The position numbers were made by a program, and so were the translations under genes. The notes under the pieces were generated by a model. It saw nothing but the letters and a program-made list of their open reading frames with translations. It was not told the DNA's origin and searched no databases. This document shows positions 38,300 to 45,047 of a DNA stretch of 64,000 bases, piece by piece. Each line of letters starts with the position of its first letter. Position 1 is the first letter of the stretch. The DNA lies in NCBI GenBank assembly GCA_902761055.1, contig CACWIS010000005.1, positions 31,248-95,247 of the forward strand, in the 5' to 3' direction. This DNA is from Oscillospiraceae bacterium. Lineage in GTDB: Bacteria; Bacillota; Clostridia; Oscillospirales; Oscillospiraceae.

Positions 38300-40588
38300 A
38301 TGGATAAACAACTGCGCATCGCCCTGGCGGGCAACCCGAACAGCGGCAAAACGACCCTGTTCAACAAGCTGACCGGCTCCAACCAGTTCGTCGGCAACTG
38401 GCCCGGCGTGACGGTGGAGAAGAAGGAAGGCAAGCTGATCGTCGACAGGGAGGTCATCCTGACCGACCTGCCCGGCATCTATTCGCTCTCCCCCTATACG
38501 CTGGAAGAGGTCGTGGCCCGGAATTACCTCATTGAGGAAAAGCCGGACGCCATTTTGAACATCGTGGACGCCACGAACCTTGAGCGCAACCTGTATCTGA
38601 CCACCCAGCTCACCGAGCTCGGCATCCCCGTCGTGATCGCGCTGAACATGATGGACCTCGTGAAGAAGGCCGGCGACGTCGTCAACGTCAAGGAGCTATC
38701 GCGCCAGCTCGGCTGCCCGGTCGTGGAGATCTCCGCCCTCAAGGGCGACGGCGTGGCCGACGCGGCCAAGGCCGCCATCGAGGCCGCGAAGCACGGAAAG
38801 ACCCTTCCGCAGCACAGCTTCTCCGGCCCGGTCGAGCACGCGCTGGCCCACATCGAGGAGGTCACCGTACATAACCTCCCCGAGGAGCAGCAGCGCTGGT
38901 ACGCCATCAAGGTCTTCGAGCGCGACGAGAAGGTGCTCGAGCAGCTCAATATCCCCGCCGGCGTGCGCGCGCATATCGAACAGGACATCGCCGCGGCCGA
39001 GAAGGAGCTGGACGACGACGCCGAGAGCATCATCACCAACGAGCGCTACGTCTACATCGGCAATATGCTCAAAGGGATTTACAAGAAGAAGGGCAAGGGC
39101 CAGCTCTCGACCTCCGACAAGATCGACAAGGTCGTGACCAACCGTATCCTGGCTCTGCCGATCTTCGTTGTCGTCATGTTCCTGGTCTATGCTCTGGCGA
39201 TGGGGACCTCGATCGCCGACGGCGGCATCGCCATCGGCACCTTCCTCACCGACTGGACGAACGACGTGCTCGGCGGCGCCTGGCTGCAGGACGGATCCCG
39301 CGCGATCCTCGAGGGCTGGGGCGCGGCGCCCTGGCTGGTCGGTCTGATCTCCGACGGTATCTTGGCCGGCGTCGGCGCGGTGCTCGGCTTTGTGCCCCAG
39401 ATGCTCGTCCTGTTCCTGATGCTCTGCCTGCTTGAGGACTGCGGCTACATGGCGCGCATCGCCTTCATCATGGACCGGATCTTCCGCCGCTTCGGCCTTT
39501 CCGGCAAGAGCTTCATCCCGATGCTCGTCGGCACCGGCTGCGGCATCCCCGGCGTCATGGCCTCCCGCACCATCGAAAACGAGCGCGACCGCCGCATGAC
39601 GATCATGACCACGACCTTCATGCCCTGCGGCGCGAAAATGCCGATCATCGGCCTGATCGCGGGCGCGCTCTTCGGCGGCAGCACCTGGGTCGCCACCTCC
39701 GCCTACTTCATCGGCGTGGCCGCCATCGTCATCTCCGGCATCATGCTCAAGAAGACCAAGATGTTCGCCGGCGATCCGGCCCCCTTCGTCATGGAGCTGC
39801 CCGCCTACCATCTGCCCGCCTGGGGCAACGTCCTGCGCGGCACCTGGGAGCGCGGCTGGTCCTTCATCAAGCGCGCCGGCACCGTCATTGTCGTTTCTTC
39901 CATCGTGATCTGGTTCCTCACCAGCTTCGGCTCCGTCAACGGTCAGTTCGGCATGGTCGACGACCTCTATGAGGACGACGCCGTCGTGACCGATGAATAT
40001 ATCGCTGTTGTGGCCGACCGCATGGGCATTCCCGAGGACGAGGTCGAGCCGATGGACGACTCGATCCTGGCCCGCGTGGCGCAGCCCGTCTCCGTCGTCT
40101 TCAAGCCCCTGGGCTTCGGCGACTGGAAGCCGACCGCCGCGACCGTGACCGGCCTTGTGGCAAAGGAAGAAGTCGTCGCCAACTTCGGTATCATGTACGC
40201 CTATGACGATCAGGAGGGCGAGGAAGAGCTCGAAGAGAACGGCGACCAGATCTGGGATCGCGTCGCCGAGGACTTCAACGCCTTCTCCGGCGGACACGGA
40301 CAGCTCGCCGCCTTCGCCTTCATGATCTTCAACCTGCTCTGCGCGCCCTGCTTCGCGGCCATCGGCGCGATCAAGCGCGAGATGAACAGCCGCAAGTGGA
40401 CCTGGTTCGCCATCGCCTACCAGTGCGGCTTCGCCTGGGTGATCGCCTTCATCGTCTGGCAGCTCGGCCGTCTCTTTGCCGGCGGCGTCAACGCGATCGG
40501 CCTGATCGTGGCGCTGGTGCTCCTGGCGCTGCTCCTGTGGCAGCTCTTCAAGCCCTACAAGGAAGCGCAGAAGCTTACGGTAAAGTAA
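38300..40588 (+). CDS. feoB: ferrous iron transporter FeoB
   Basis: G-domain motifs GNPNSGKTT and DLPG, followed by a polytopic permease domain. 762 aa. Confidence 0.93.
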   Translation: MDKQLRIALAGNPNSGKTTLFNKLTGSNQFVGNWPGVTVEKKEGKLIVDREVILTDLPGIYSLSPYTLEEVVARNYLIEEKPDAILNIVDATNLERNLYLTTQLTELGIPVVIALNMMDLVKKAGDVVNVKELSRQLGCPVVEISALKGDGVADAAKAAIEAAKHGKTLPQHSFSGPVEHALAHIEEVTVHNLPEEQQRWYAIKVFERDEKVLEQLNIPAGVRAHIEQDIAAAEKELDDDAESIITNERYVYIGNMLKGIYKKKGKGQLSTSDKIDKVVTNRILALPIFVVVMFLVYALAMGTSIADGGIAIGTFLTDWTNDVLGGAWLQDGSRAILEGWGAAPWLVGLISDGILAGVGAVLGFVPQMLVLFLMLCLLEDCGYMARIAFIMDRIFRRFGLSGKSFIPMLVGTGCGIPGVMASRTIENERDRRMTIMTTTFMPCGAKMPIIGLIAGALFGGSTWVATSAYFIGVAAIVISGIMLKKTKMFAGDPAPFVMELPAYHLPAWGNVLRGTWERGWSFIKRAGTVIVVSSIVIWFLTSFGSVNGQFGMVDDLYEDDAVVTDEYIAVVADRMGIPEDEVEPMDDSILARVAQPVSVVFKPLGFGDWKPTAATVTGLVAKEEVVANFGIMYAYDDQEGEEELEENGDQIWDRVAEDFNAFSGGHGQLAAFAFMIFNLLCAPCFAAIGAIKREMNSRKWTWFAIAYQCGFAWVIAFIVWQLGRLFAGGVNAIGLIVALVLLALLLWQLFKPYKEAQKLTVK

Positions 40589-40612
40589 TCTCTCCTATCT
40601 CTCTTCCCATAT

Positions 40613-40664
40613 GGCGGCGCTGTGAGGTTTCAAACCTCCGGCCTCACGGCGCCGCCGACCTTTT
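40613..40664 (+). terminator. strong stem-loop (possible partial terminator) after feoB
   Basis: Stem GGCGGCGCTGTGAGG/CCTCACGGCGCCGCC with one mismatch, followed by GACCTTTT. Confidence 0.45.
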
Positions 40665-40679
40665 CAAGGAAGTGATCGT

Positions 40680-40895
40680 ATGTCGGCGTGGTTATCCGCC
40701 AATTTCGTCAATATCGCGCTGATCGCCGTCATCGTGCTGGTCGTCGCTCTGCTGATCCGCGGCATGATCCGCGACAGAAAGGCGGGCAAAAGCTCCTGCG
40801 GCGGCAGCTGCGCCTCCTGCGGAGCCTGCGGCGGATGCAGCTCCTGCAGCCAACGCGGCGTGGCGAACGGCGCTTCAAGCGATTCTTCCCGGTAA
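40680..40895 (+). CDS. FeoB-associated Cys-rich membrane protein
   Basis: 71 aa, with one TM segment followed by SCGGSCASCGACGGCSSCS. Confidence 0.8.
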   Translation: MSAWLSANFVNIALIAVIVLVVALLIRGMIRDRKAGKSSCGGSCASCGACGGCSSCSQRGVANGASSDSSR

Positions 40896-40896
40896 A

Positions 40897-40935
40897 GCGC
40901 GTAGCGCGCTCGATTTGAGGTCACAAGTTCGAGAC
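40897..40935 (+). repeat. tRNA-Val T-arm-like repeat, copy A
   Basis: GCGCGTAGCGCGC hairpin, then TCGATTTGA, then GGTCACAAGTTCGAGAC. GAGGTCACAAGTTCGAG (40918-40934) is identical to 17 nt of the variable loop, T-stem and T-loop of the nearby tRNA-Val, read on the opposite strand. Confidence 0.6.
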
Positions 40936-40950
40936 GGACCCATTCACGCA

Positions 40951-40990
40951 AAACGAAACACCCCACCTTTTGGTAGGGTGTTTCGTTTTG
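40951..40990. terminator. bidirectional intrinsic terminator
   Basis: Stem AAACGAAACACCC/GGGTGTTTCGTTT, lying between the feo operon and the convergent GNAT gene. Confidence 0.8.
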
Positions 40991-41051
40991 CCTGAGTACG
41001 TTCAAAAGGCACGCACTCGCCCCGACAAGCGGGTATTGATTGCGCTCAGTA

Positions 41052-41549
41052 TTACAGCTTCAATACCGCGACGATTTCGTCGCCGTCCATTTCGCCGTTT
41101 TCCACAAAGCCAAAAGAACGGTAGAGTTCTCTTGCCACCTCGTTCTCCGGCTCATAAGAAAGGGAGCAATACTCGGCTTTTCCGCAGGGCCACGTTCTGA
41201 TAAAGTCGAGAGCCTGCTTTATTGCTTCTTTGCCGTAGCCGCGTTTTTGATATCGCTTGTCAATCATCAAACGCCAGAGGGAGTAATTGTTGACAAGTGA
41301 CTTTGGGGCTTCAACGTCATCCCAGTTTTCATACATCGCAGCCTCGTTAAAACCGATCATCAGGAATCCAACCGGTCTTTTGTCGTTATAGATGGCAAAT
41401 GGAAACGCAGCTGTGGCCGAATCCCGAACACCGTATGCCTGGACGATACTTACCCAGTTTGCCGCAACGAAGTTTTTCTGAGATCGATATACTTTCAGAT
41501 CAACGATCTCCCATATGTTTGTTGAATCGATTTTTTCCAAGTGTATCAT
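41052..41549 (-). CDS. GNAT family N-acetyltransferase (low-GC gene)
   Basis: Internal ATG at 41549. 165 aa. Acetyl-CoA motif YQKRGYGKEAI. Visibly A/T-richer than all neighbouring genes. Confidence 0.8.
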   Translation of the reverse strand: MIHLEKIDSTNIWEIVDLKVYRSQKNFVAANWVSIVQAYGVRDSATAAFPFAIYNDKRPVGFLMIGFNEAAMYENWDDVEAPKSLVNNYSLWRLMIDKRYQKRGYGKEAIKQALDFIRTWPCGKAEYCSLSYEPENEVARELYRSFGFVENGEMDGDEIVAVLKL

Positions 41550-41589
41550 ACCTTTTTTCCCCACACGCAAACACCGATTTATCGTGGTG

Positions 41590-41618
41590 ATTATACCATG
41601 CGCTGCGGCCGAAAACAA
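41590..41618 (-). promoter_or_regulatory. sigma-70-like promoter for the GNAT gene
   Basis: On the minus strand: TTGTTT, 17 nt, TGG-TATAAT (extended -10, 41595-41590). Confidence 0.45.
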
Positions 41619-41656
41619 GAGAGCCCCTTTTGTCCGGCAGACAAAAGAGCTTCCTT

Positions 41657-41683
41657 TGATGATACAAGACTCGAACCTGCGGG
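41657..41683 (-). pseudogene. tRNA 3'-end-like fragment (degenerate tRNA remnant)
   Basis: 41658-41676 matches the tRNA-Val gene at 41814-41832 (T-loop, 3' T-stem and acceptor 3' strand) at 18 of 19 positions. No matching 5' acceptor strand, D-arm or anticodon arm is present. A small hairpin at 41627-41650 follows it, as with the intact tRNA. Confidence 0.5.
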
Positions 41684-41719
41684 CGCGGGCGCAAGCGCCC
41701 GGCGTCCGCAGTCTGATCC

Positions 41720-41758
41720 GCGCGCTTCGCGCGCTCAAATCGGTCACAAGCTCAAGAC
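41720..41758 (+). repeat. tRNA-Val T-arm-like repeat, copy B
   Basis: GCGCGCTTCGCGCGC hairpin, then TCAAATC, then GGTCACAAGCTCAAGAC. Same architecture as copy A, with 15 of the last 17 nt identical. Confidence 0.55.
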
Positions 41759-41771
41759 ACACACTTTCAGC

Positions 41772-41808
41772 AAAAAGAACAGCCACCCTGTTGGGTGGCT
41801 GTTCTTTT
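41772..41808 (-). terminator. intrinsic terminator after tRNA-Val
   Basis: 13-bp stem AGAACAGCCACCC/GGGTGGCTGTTCT flanked by A- and T-runs, directly abutting the tRNA CCA end. Confidence 0.8.
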
Positions 41809-41884
41809 TGGTGGACGATACAAGACTCGAACTTGTGACCTCCCGCACGTCAAGCGGATGCGCTACCAGCTGCGCCAATCGTCC
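41809..41884 (-). tRNA. tRNA-Val (anticodon GAC), CCA encoded
   Basis: The reverse complement GGACGATTGGCGCAGCTGGTAGCGCATCCGCTTGACGTGCGGGAGGTCACAAGTTCGAGTCTTGTATCGTCCACCA folds as a cloverleaf. It has a 7-bp acceptor stem, GCGC D-stem, anticodon loop TTGACGT, and T-arm ACAAG-TTCGAGT-CTTGT. Confidence 0.93.
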
Positions 41885-41904
41885 ATCGCTCTTTCAGCTT
41901 GGTC

Positions 41905-41933
41905 ATTTTACTTCACGCGGCATTACTTGTCAA
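41905..41933 (-). promoter_or_regulatory. sigma-70 promoter for tRNA-Val
   Basis: On the minus strand: TTGACA (41933-41928), 17 nt, TAAAAT (41910-41905), about 20 nt upstream of the tRNA 5' end. Confidence 0.6.
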
Positions 41934-42121
41934 GTCTTTTTTCAGCGGAAGCAAAAAAAGACAGCTTTTTTCTGTGCGCTCCGGTGTACATAATCGATTA
42001 TCATGCAAATAATTCGCCTTTTTTTGTAACTTGTTTGTCAAAATATGTTCCTGAATTTGGGCAGAACAGCTAATAACCCTCAATTTCTTTGAAAAAAAGT
42101 TTATTTTCATAATGAAAGTGG

Positions 42122-42150
42122 TTGACATAAATTTATTTGTATGCTATCTT
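42122..42150 (+). promoter_or_regulatory. sigma-70 promoter for the lipoprotein gene
   Basis: TTGACA (42122-42127), 17 nt, TATCTT (42145-42150). Confidence 0.5.
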
Positions 42151-42184
42151 TATGCTACCGAAGAATCGACAAGGATGGCGCAGC

Positions 42185-43147
42185 ATGAAAAAAGCCGGCA
42201 TGTTCATCTTGATACTGGCTTTGTGCGTTCTTCTCACCGCTTGCGGCGAGCAGAAGGCATACGATGAAGCATGCGCTCTTTTCGAAAGCGGCAACTACGC
42301 CGAGGCGATCGAGATGTTCCGCGCGCTCGGCGACTACAGCGACTGCGCCGACCGCGTCAAGATCGCCGAGACCCGCCTTGCGCAGACCAGCGCCGGCGCT
42401 TCCCCCGGCGCGCTTTCCGCCGAACACGCCGTGAAATACGCCGACGCCTGCACCTATATCGAGCAGGGCCGCACGCGCGAAGCGCATGCCTGTTTTGCCG
42501 AGCTGGGCAGCTACCGCGACGCCGAAGAATATCTCGGCCGCTTCACGCTCGTCAAGGGCGCGCTCGTACGGGAGGAAGTCCACATCGTCAACGGCGGCGA
42601 GGACACGCTGCGCGGCGCTGCGGAGTACAGCTACGGCGCCGACGGGCTCGCCCTCACCCGCACCGGCTTCTGCCGGCTGGAGAAATACGGCTGGTTCGAG
42701 GATTTCAACTATCACTACAGCTATAACGAAAACGGGCTCGTCTCCCGGATCGACGCCGTCAACACGAACGGCAGCGTCAGTTTCACGATCGACTACGAAT
42801 ACAACGAAAACGGCCGTCCCGTCCGCGAGCTGTATTCCGACAGCTTCGGCAAGAGCCACGAGTATCAGTACGTCTACAGCTTCGTCGACGCGAGCGACAG
42901 CGGCGAGAGCTGCACCGAGGTGCTCGAGAACGAGATGTTCAACGGCAATCCCTTCCCCCAGTCCGAGTGGCAGGAGAAATACTGCCAGTTCGGCGTGGCC
43001 TCGATGAAGGGCGACAACTGCTGCGTCGTCTACCACTACGGTGCGGACGGCAAGCGCAGCGACTCCGTACAGAGCTGTGCCGACGGCAGCAAGGTCGTTA
43101 CCAAGTACTTCTATGACGACGTGTATGTTTACACCCCGGCCGCCTGA
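42185..43147 (+). CDS. lipoprotein with YD/RHS-like repeats
   Basis: Internal ATG at 42185. Lipobox LLTACG. Two GDYSD/GSYRD helical repeats, followed by YSYGADGL, YSYNENGL and YEYNENGRP YD-type repeats. Confidence 0.7.
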   Translation: MKKAGMFILILALCVLLTACGEQKAYDEACALFESGNYAEAIEMFRALGDYSDCADRVKIAETRLAQTSAGASPGALSAEHAVKYADACTYIEQGRTREAHACFAELGSYRDAEEYLGRFTLVKGALVREEVHIVNGGEDTLRGAAEYSYGADGLALTRTGFCRLEKYGWFEDFNYHYSYNENGLVSRIDAVNTNGSVSFTIDYEYNENGRPVRELYSDSFGKSHEYQYVYSFVDASDSGESCTEVLENEMFNGNPFPQSEWQEKYCQFGVASMKGDNCCVVYHYGADGKRSDSVQSCADGSKVVTKYFYDDVYVYTPAA

Positions 43148-43164
43148 ACCGGGCAGAGCACCAT

Positions 43165-43208
43165 AAAAAACACCGCCGGAAAGCGAAAAGGCTTTCCGGC
43201 GGTCTTTG
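43165..43208. terminator. bidirectional intrinsic terminator
   Basis: 13-bp stem ACCGCCGGAAAGC/GCTTTCCGGCGGT flanked by AAAAAA and TCTTT. Confidence 0.8.
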
Positions 43209-43220
43209 CGTCATGTTCCC

Positions 43221-44048
43221 TCACTCGGTAAAATGCACGTGGTTGTAAATATGGTCCTGGCAGAAGCAATGATAGCCCGCGCAGCGGGAGCAGTAGCGGA
43301 ACTCGAGCTCCGGATGATCGGTATCCGTCCGGCCGCAGACCGCGCATTTATGGTGGTAGAGCTGCTCTCTCTGCTCCCGGCGGATGCGCTCGGACTCCCT
43401 GCGGAAGTTGATCGTCTGCGCGCTCGCGCGCTTCGGGATGCGGCCGAAGAGCTCTCCCCCGCAGAAGAGCAGGAAGCCCAGGATCGCCACGATGGGCAGC
43501 AGGTTGTACGGAAAGGAGCTCGTCACGACGGCGTAGGCGAAGAAGGCCGCGTCGAGATAGGCCAGATACTTCATCTTTACCGGGATGATCATCATGAACA
43601 GCACCTGCACGTCCGGGAAATAGACGGCGAAGGCGAAGAACATCGCCAGGTAGATATACTCGGCCGTCAGGGCCACGGGATAGCCGAAGGCGTACATCAC
43701 GAAGCCGTAGACGATCGTGATGAGCATATTGACAAGCACATAGAGCGTGAACTTTCCGCTGCCCCAGTACTGCTCGAGCGTGGTGCCGATCCAGTAGTAA
43801 AACAGGATCGAAATGATGCCCAGCCACGAGGTGCTCGCCGGGATCAGCATGAAGCTCAAAAGCCGCCAGACCTGGCCGTGCAGCACGGCGGCGGCGCTGA
43901 ACGTGAGATAGCCGTAAAGCACCCGGTTGACCAGACCGATCACCCAGGCCGCGCCGCTGCCGACGGCGATATAGCGCGCAAGCCCCGGGATGCCGAAGTT
44001 GGGGTGCTTGATGCAGAAGCGGTCGACGAAACGCATCGGGTCCTTCAT
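43221..44048 (-). CDS. rhomboid-like membrane protein with C-terminal Cys/His zinc-finger tail
   Basis: Internal ATG at 44048 with GGAAGGAG 7 nt upstream. LEQYWGSGKFTLYVL resembles the rhomboid TM2-3 region, but I see no GxSG serine motif. The tail is HHKCAVCG...YCSRCAGYHCFCQDH. Confidence 0.6.
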   Translation of the reverse strand: MKDPMRFVDRFCIKHPNFGIPGLARYIAVGSGAAWVIGLVNRVLYGYLTFSAAAVLHGQVWRLLSFMLIPASTSWLGIISILFYYWIGTTLEQYWGSGKFTLYVLVNMLITIVYGFVMYAFGYPVALTAEYIYLAMFFAFAVYFPDVQVLFMMIIPVKMKYLAYLDAAFFAYAVVTSSFPYNLLPIVAILGFLLFCGGELFGRIPKRASAQTINFRRESERIRREQREQLYHHKCAVCGRTDTDHPELEFRYCSRCAGYHCFCQDHIYNHVHFTE

Positions 44049-44138
44049 GTTGACTCTCCTTCCTCTTTTCGCTCTCATCATACCCTTTTGCACCTGCAAA
44101 GTCTATGTCTTTTTTGTAAAAATGGGAAAAATAAACCT

Positions 44139-44166
44139 TTGCCTTTTCTCTCGCCTGTGGTATAGT
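44139..44166 (+). promoter_or_regulatory. sigma-70-like promoter for rlmB
   Basis: TTGCCT, 16 nt, TGG-TATAGT (44161-44166). Confidence 0.4.
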
Positions 44167-44205
44167 AGGATATTAGAGTATAAAGGCGAATTATGGAGTT
44201 TTATC

Positions 44206-44988
44206 ATGGCGGATACGGAACAGCGTGAATTGAAGAACGATCTCATCGAGGGCCGGAACGCCGTGATCGAGGCGCTCCGCGCGGGGAGAAGCATCGACAA
44301 GATCTTCCTCGCCAAGGGCGACGTGGACAAGACGCTCGGGCATATCGCCTCCCGCGCGCGGGAGAAGGGCGTCGTCGTTGTGGAATGCGACCGGCGCAAG
44401 CTCGATTTCATGAGCGTGACGAAGGCCCACCAGGGCGTGATCGCGCTCTGCTCCGTGCGGGAGTACTGCACGATCGAGGATATCCTCGCCCTCGCCGACG
44501 AGCGGGGAGAGAAGCCCTTTGTGATCGTCTGCGACGAGATCAGCGACCCGCACAATCTCGGCGCGATCATCCGCAGCGCGGAGTGCGCGGGGGCGCACGG
44601 CGTCGTGATCCCCAAGCGCCGCAGCGCCGGGCTGACCGCGATCGTCGACAAGGCCTCGGCCGGCGCGGCGGAGCACATGCTCATCGCCCGCGTGCCGAAC
44701 CTGCCCGCCGCGCTCGACACGCTCAAGAGCCGCGGGCTCTGGATTTACGGCACGGCCGCCGACGGCAGCAGCGGATTGTGGCAGACCGATTTTTCCGGTC
44801 CGATGGCGCTGGTCATCGGCTCGGAGGGAGACGGCATGGGCCGTCTCGTCCGGGAGAGCTGCGATTTTACCGTGAGCCTCCCGATGAAGGGCCGCGTGAG
44901 CTCGCTCAACGCCGCGGCAGCCGCCGGCATCGTGATGTATGAAGTGCTCCGCCAGCGGAGCGCGCCGGGCGGCGGACAAAAAGAATAA
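44206..44988 (+). CDS. rlmB: 23S rRNA (guanosine-2'-O)-methyltransferase RlmB (SpoU/TrmH family)
   Basis: Internal ATG at 44206, 7 nt after GGAG. Contains IEGRNAVIEAL, DPHNLGAIIRSAE, GSEGDGMG and SLNAAAAAGIVMYE. Confidence 0.88.
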   Translation: MADTEQRELKNDLIEGRNAVIEALRAGRSIDKIFLAKGDVDKTLGHIASRAREKGVVVVECDRRKLDFMSVTKAHQGVIALCSVREYCTIEDILALADERGEKPFVIVCDEISDPHNLGAIIRSAECAGAHGVVIPKRRSAGLTAIVDKASAGAAEHMLIARVPNLPAALDTLKSRGLWIYGTAADGSSGLWQTDFSGPMALVIGSEGDGMGRLVRESCDFTVSLPMKGRVSSLNAAAAAGIVMYEVLRQRSAPGGGQKE

Positions 44989-45047
44989 CACGACATCGAC
45001 AGTACGTCTGCGCCGCCTGCGGCGCGGCGGACGGGGAACATGCGGAT

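Noticed and set aside
41655-41760. A possible second tRNA (long-arm, tRNA-Sec-like) or tmRNA 3' domain next to tRNA-Val.
   Set aside because: Only the T-loop, 3' T-stem and 3' acceptor strand are tRNA-like. There is no complementary 5' acceptor strand, no D-arm, no plausible anticodon loop and no CCA or tmRNA-type acceptor. I treat it as a decayed remnant or repeat.
41913-42128. A 71-aa ORF in the A/T-rich gap between tRNA-Val and the lipoprotein gene.
   Set aside because: It has no RBS, overlaps both predicted promoters, and has a composition that reflects A/T-rich intergenic DNA. It is most likely non-coding.
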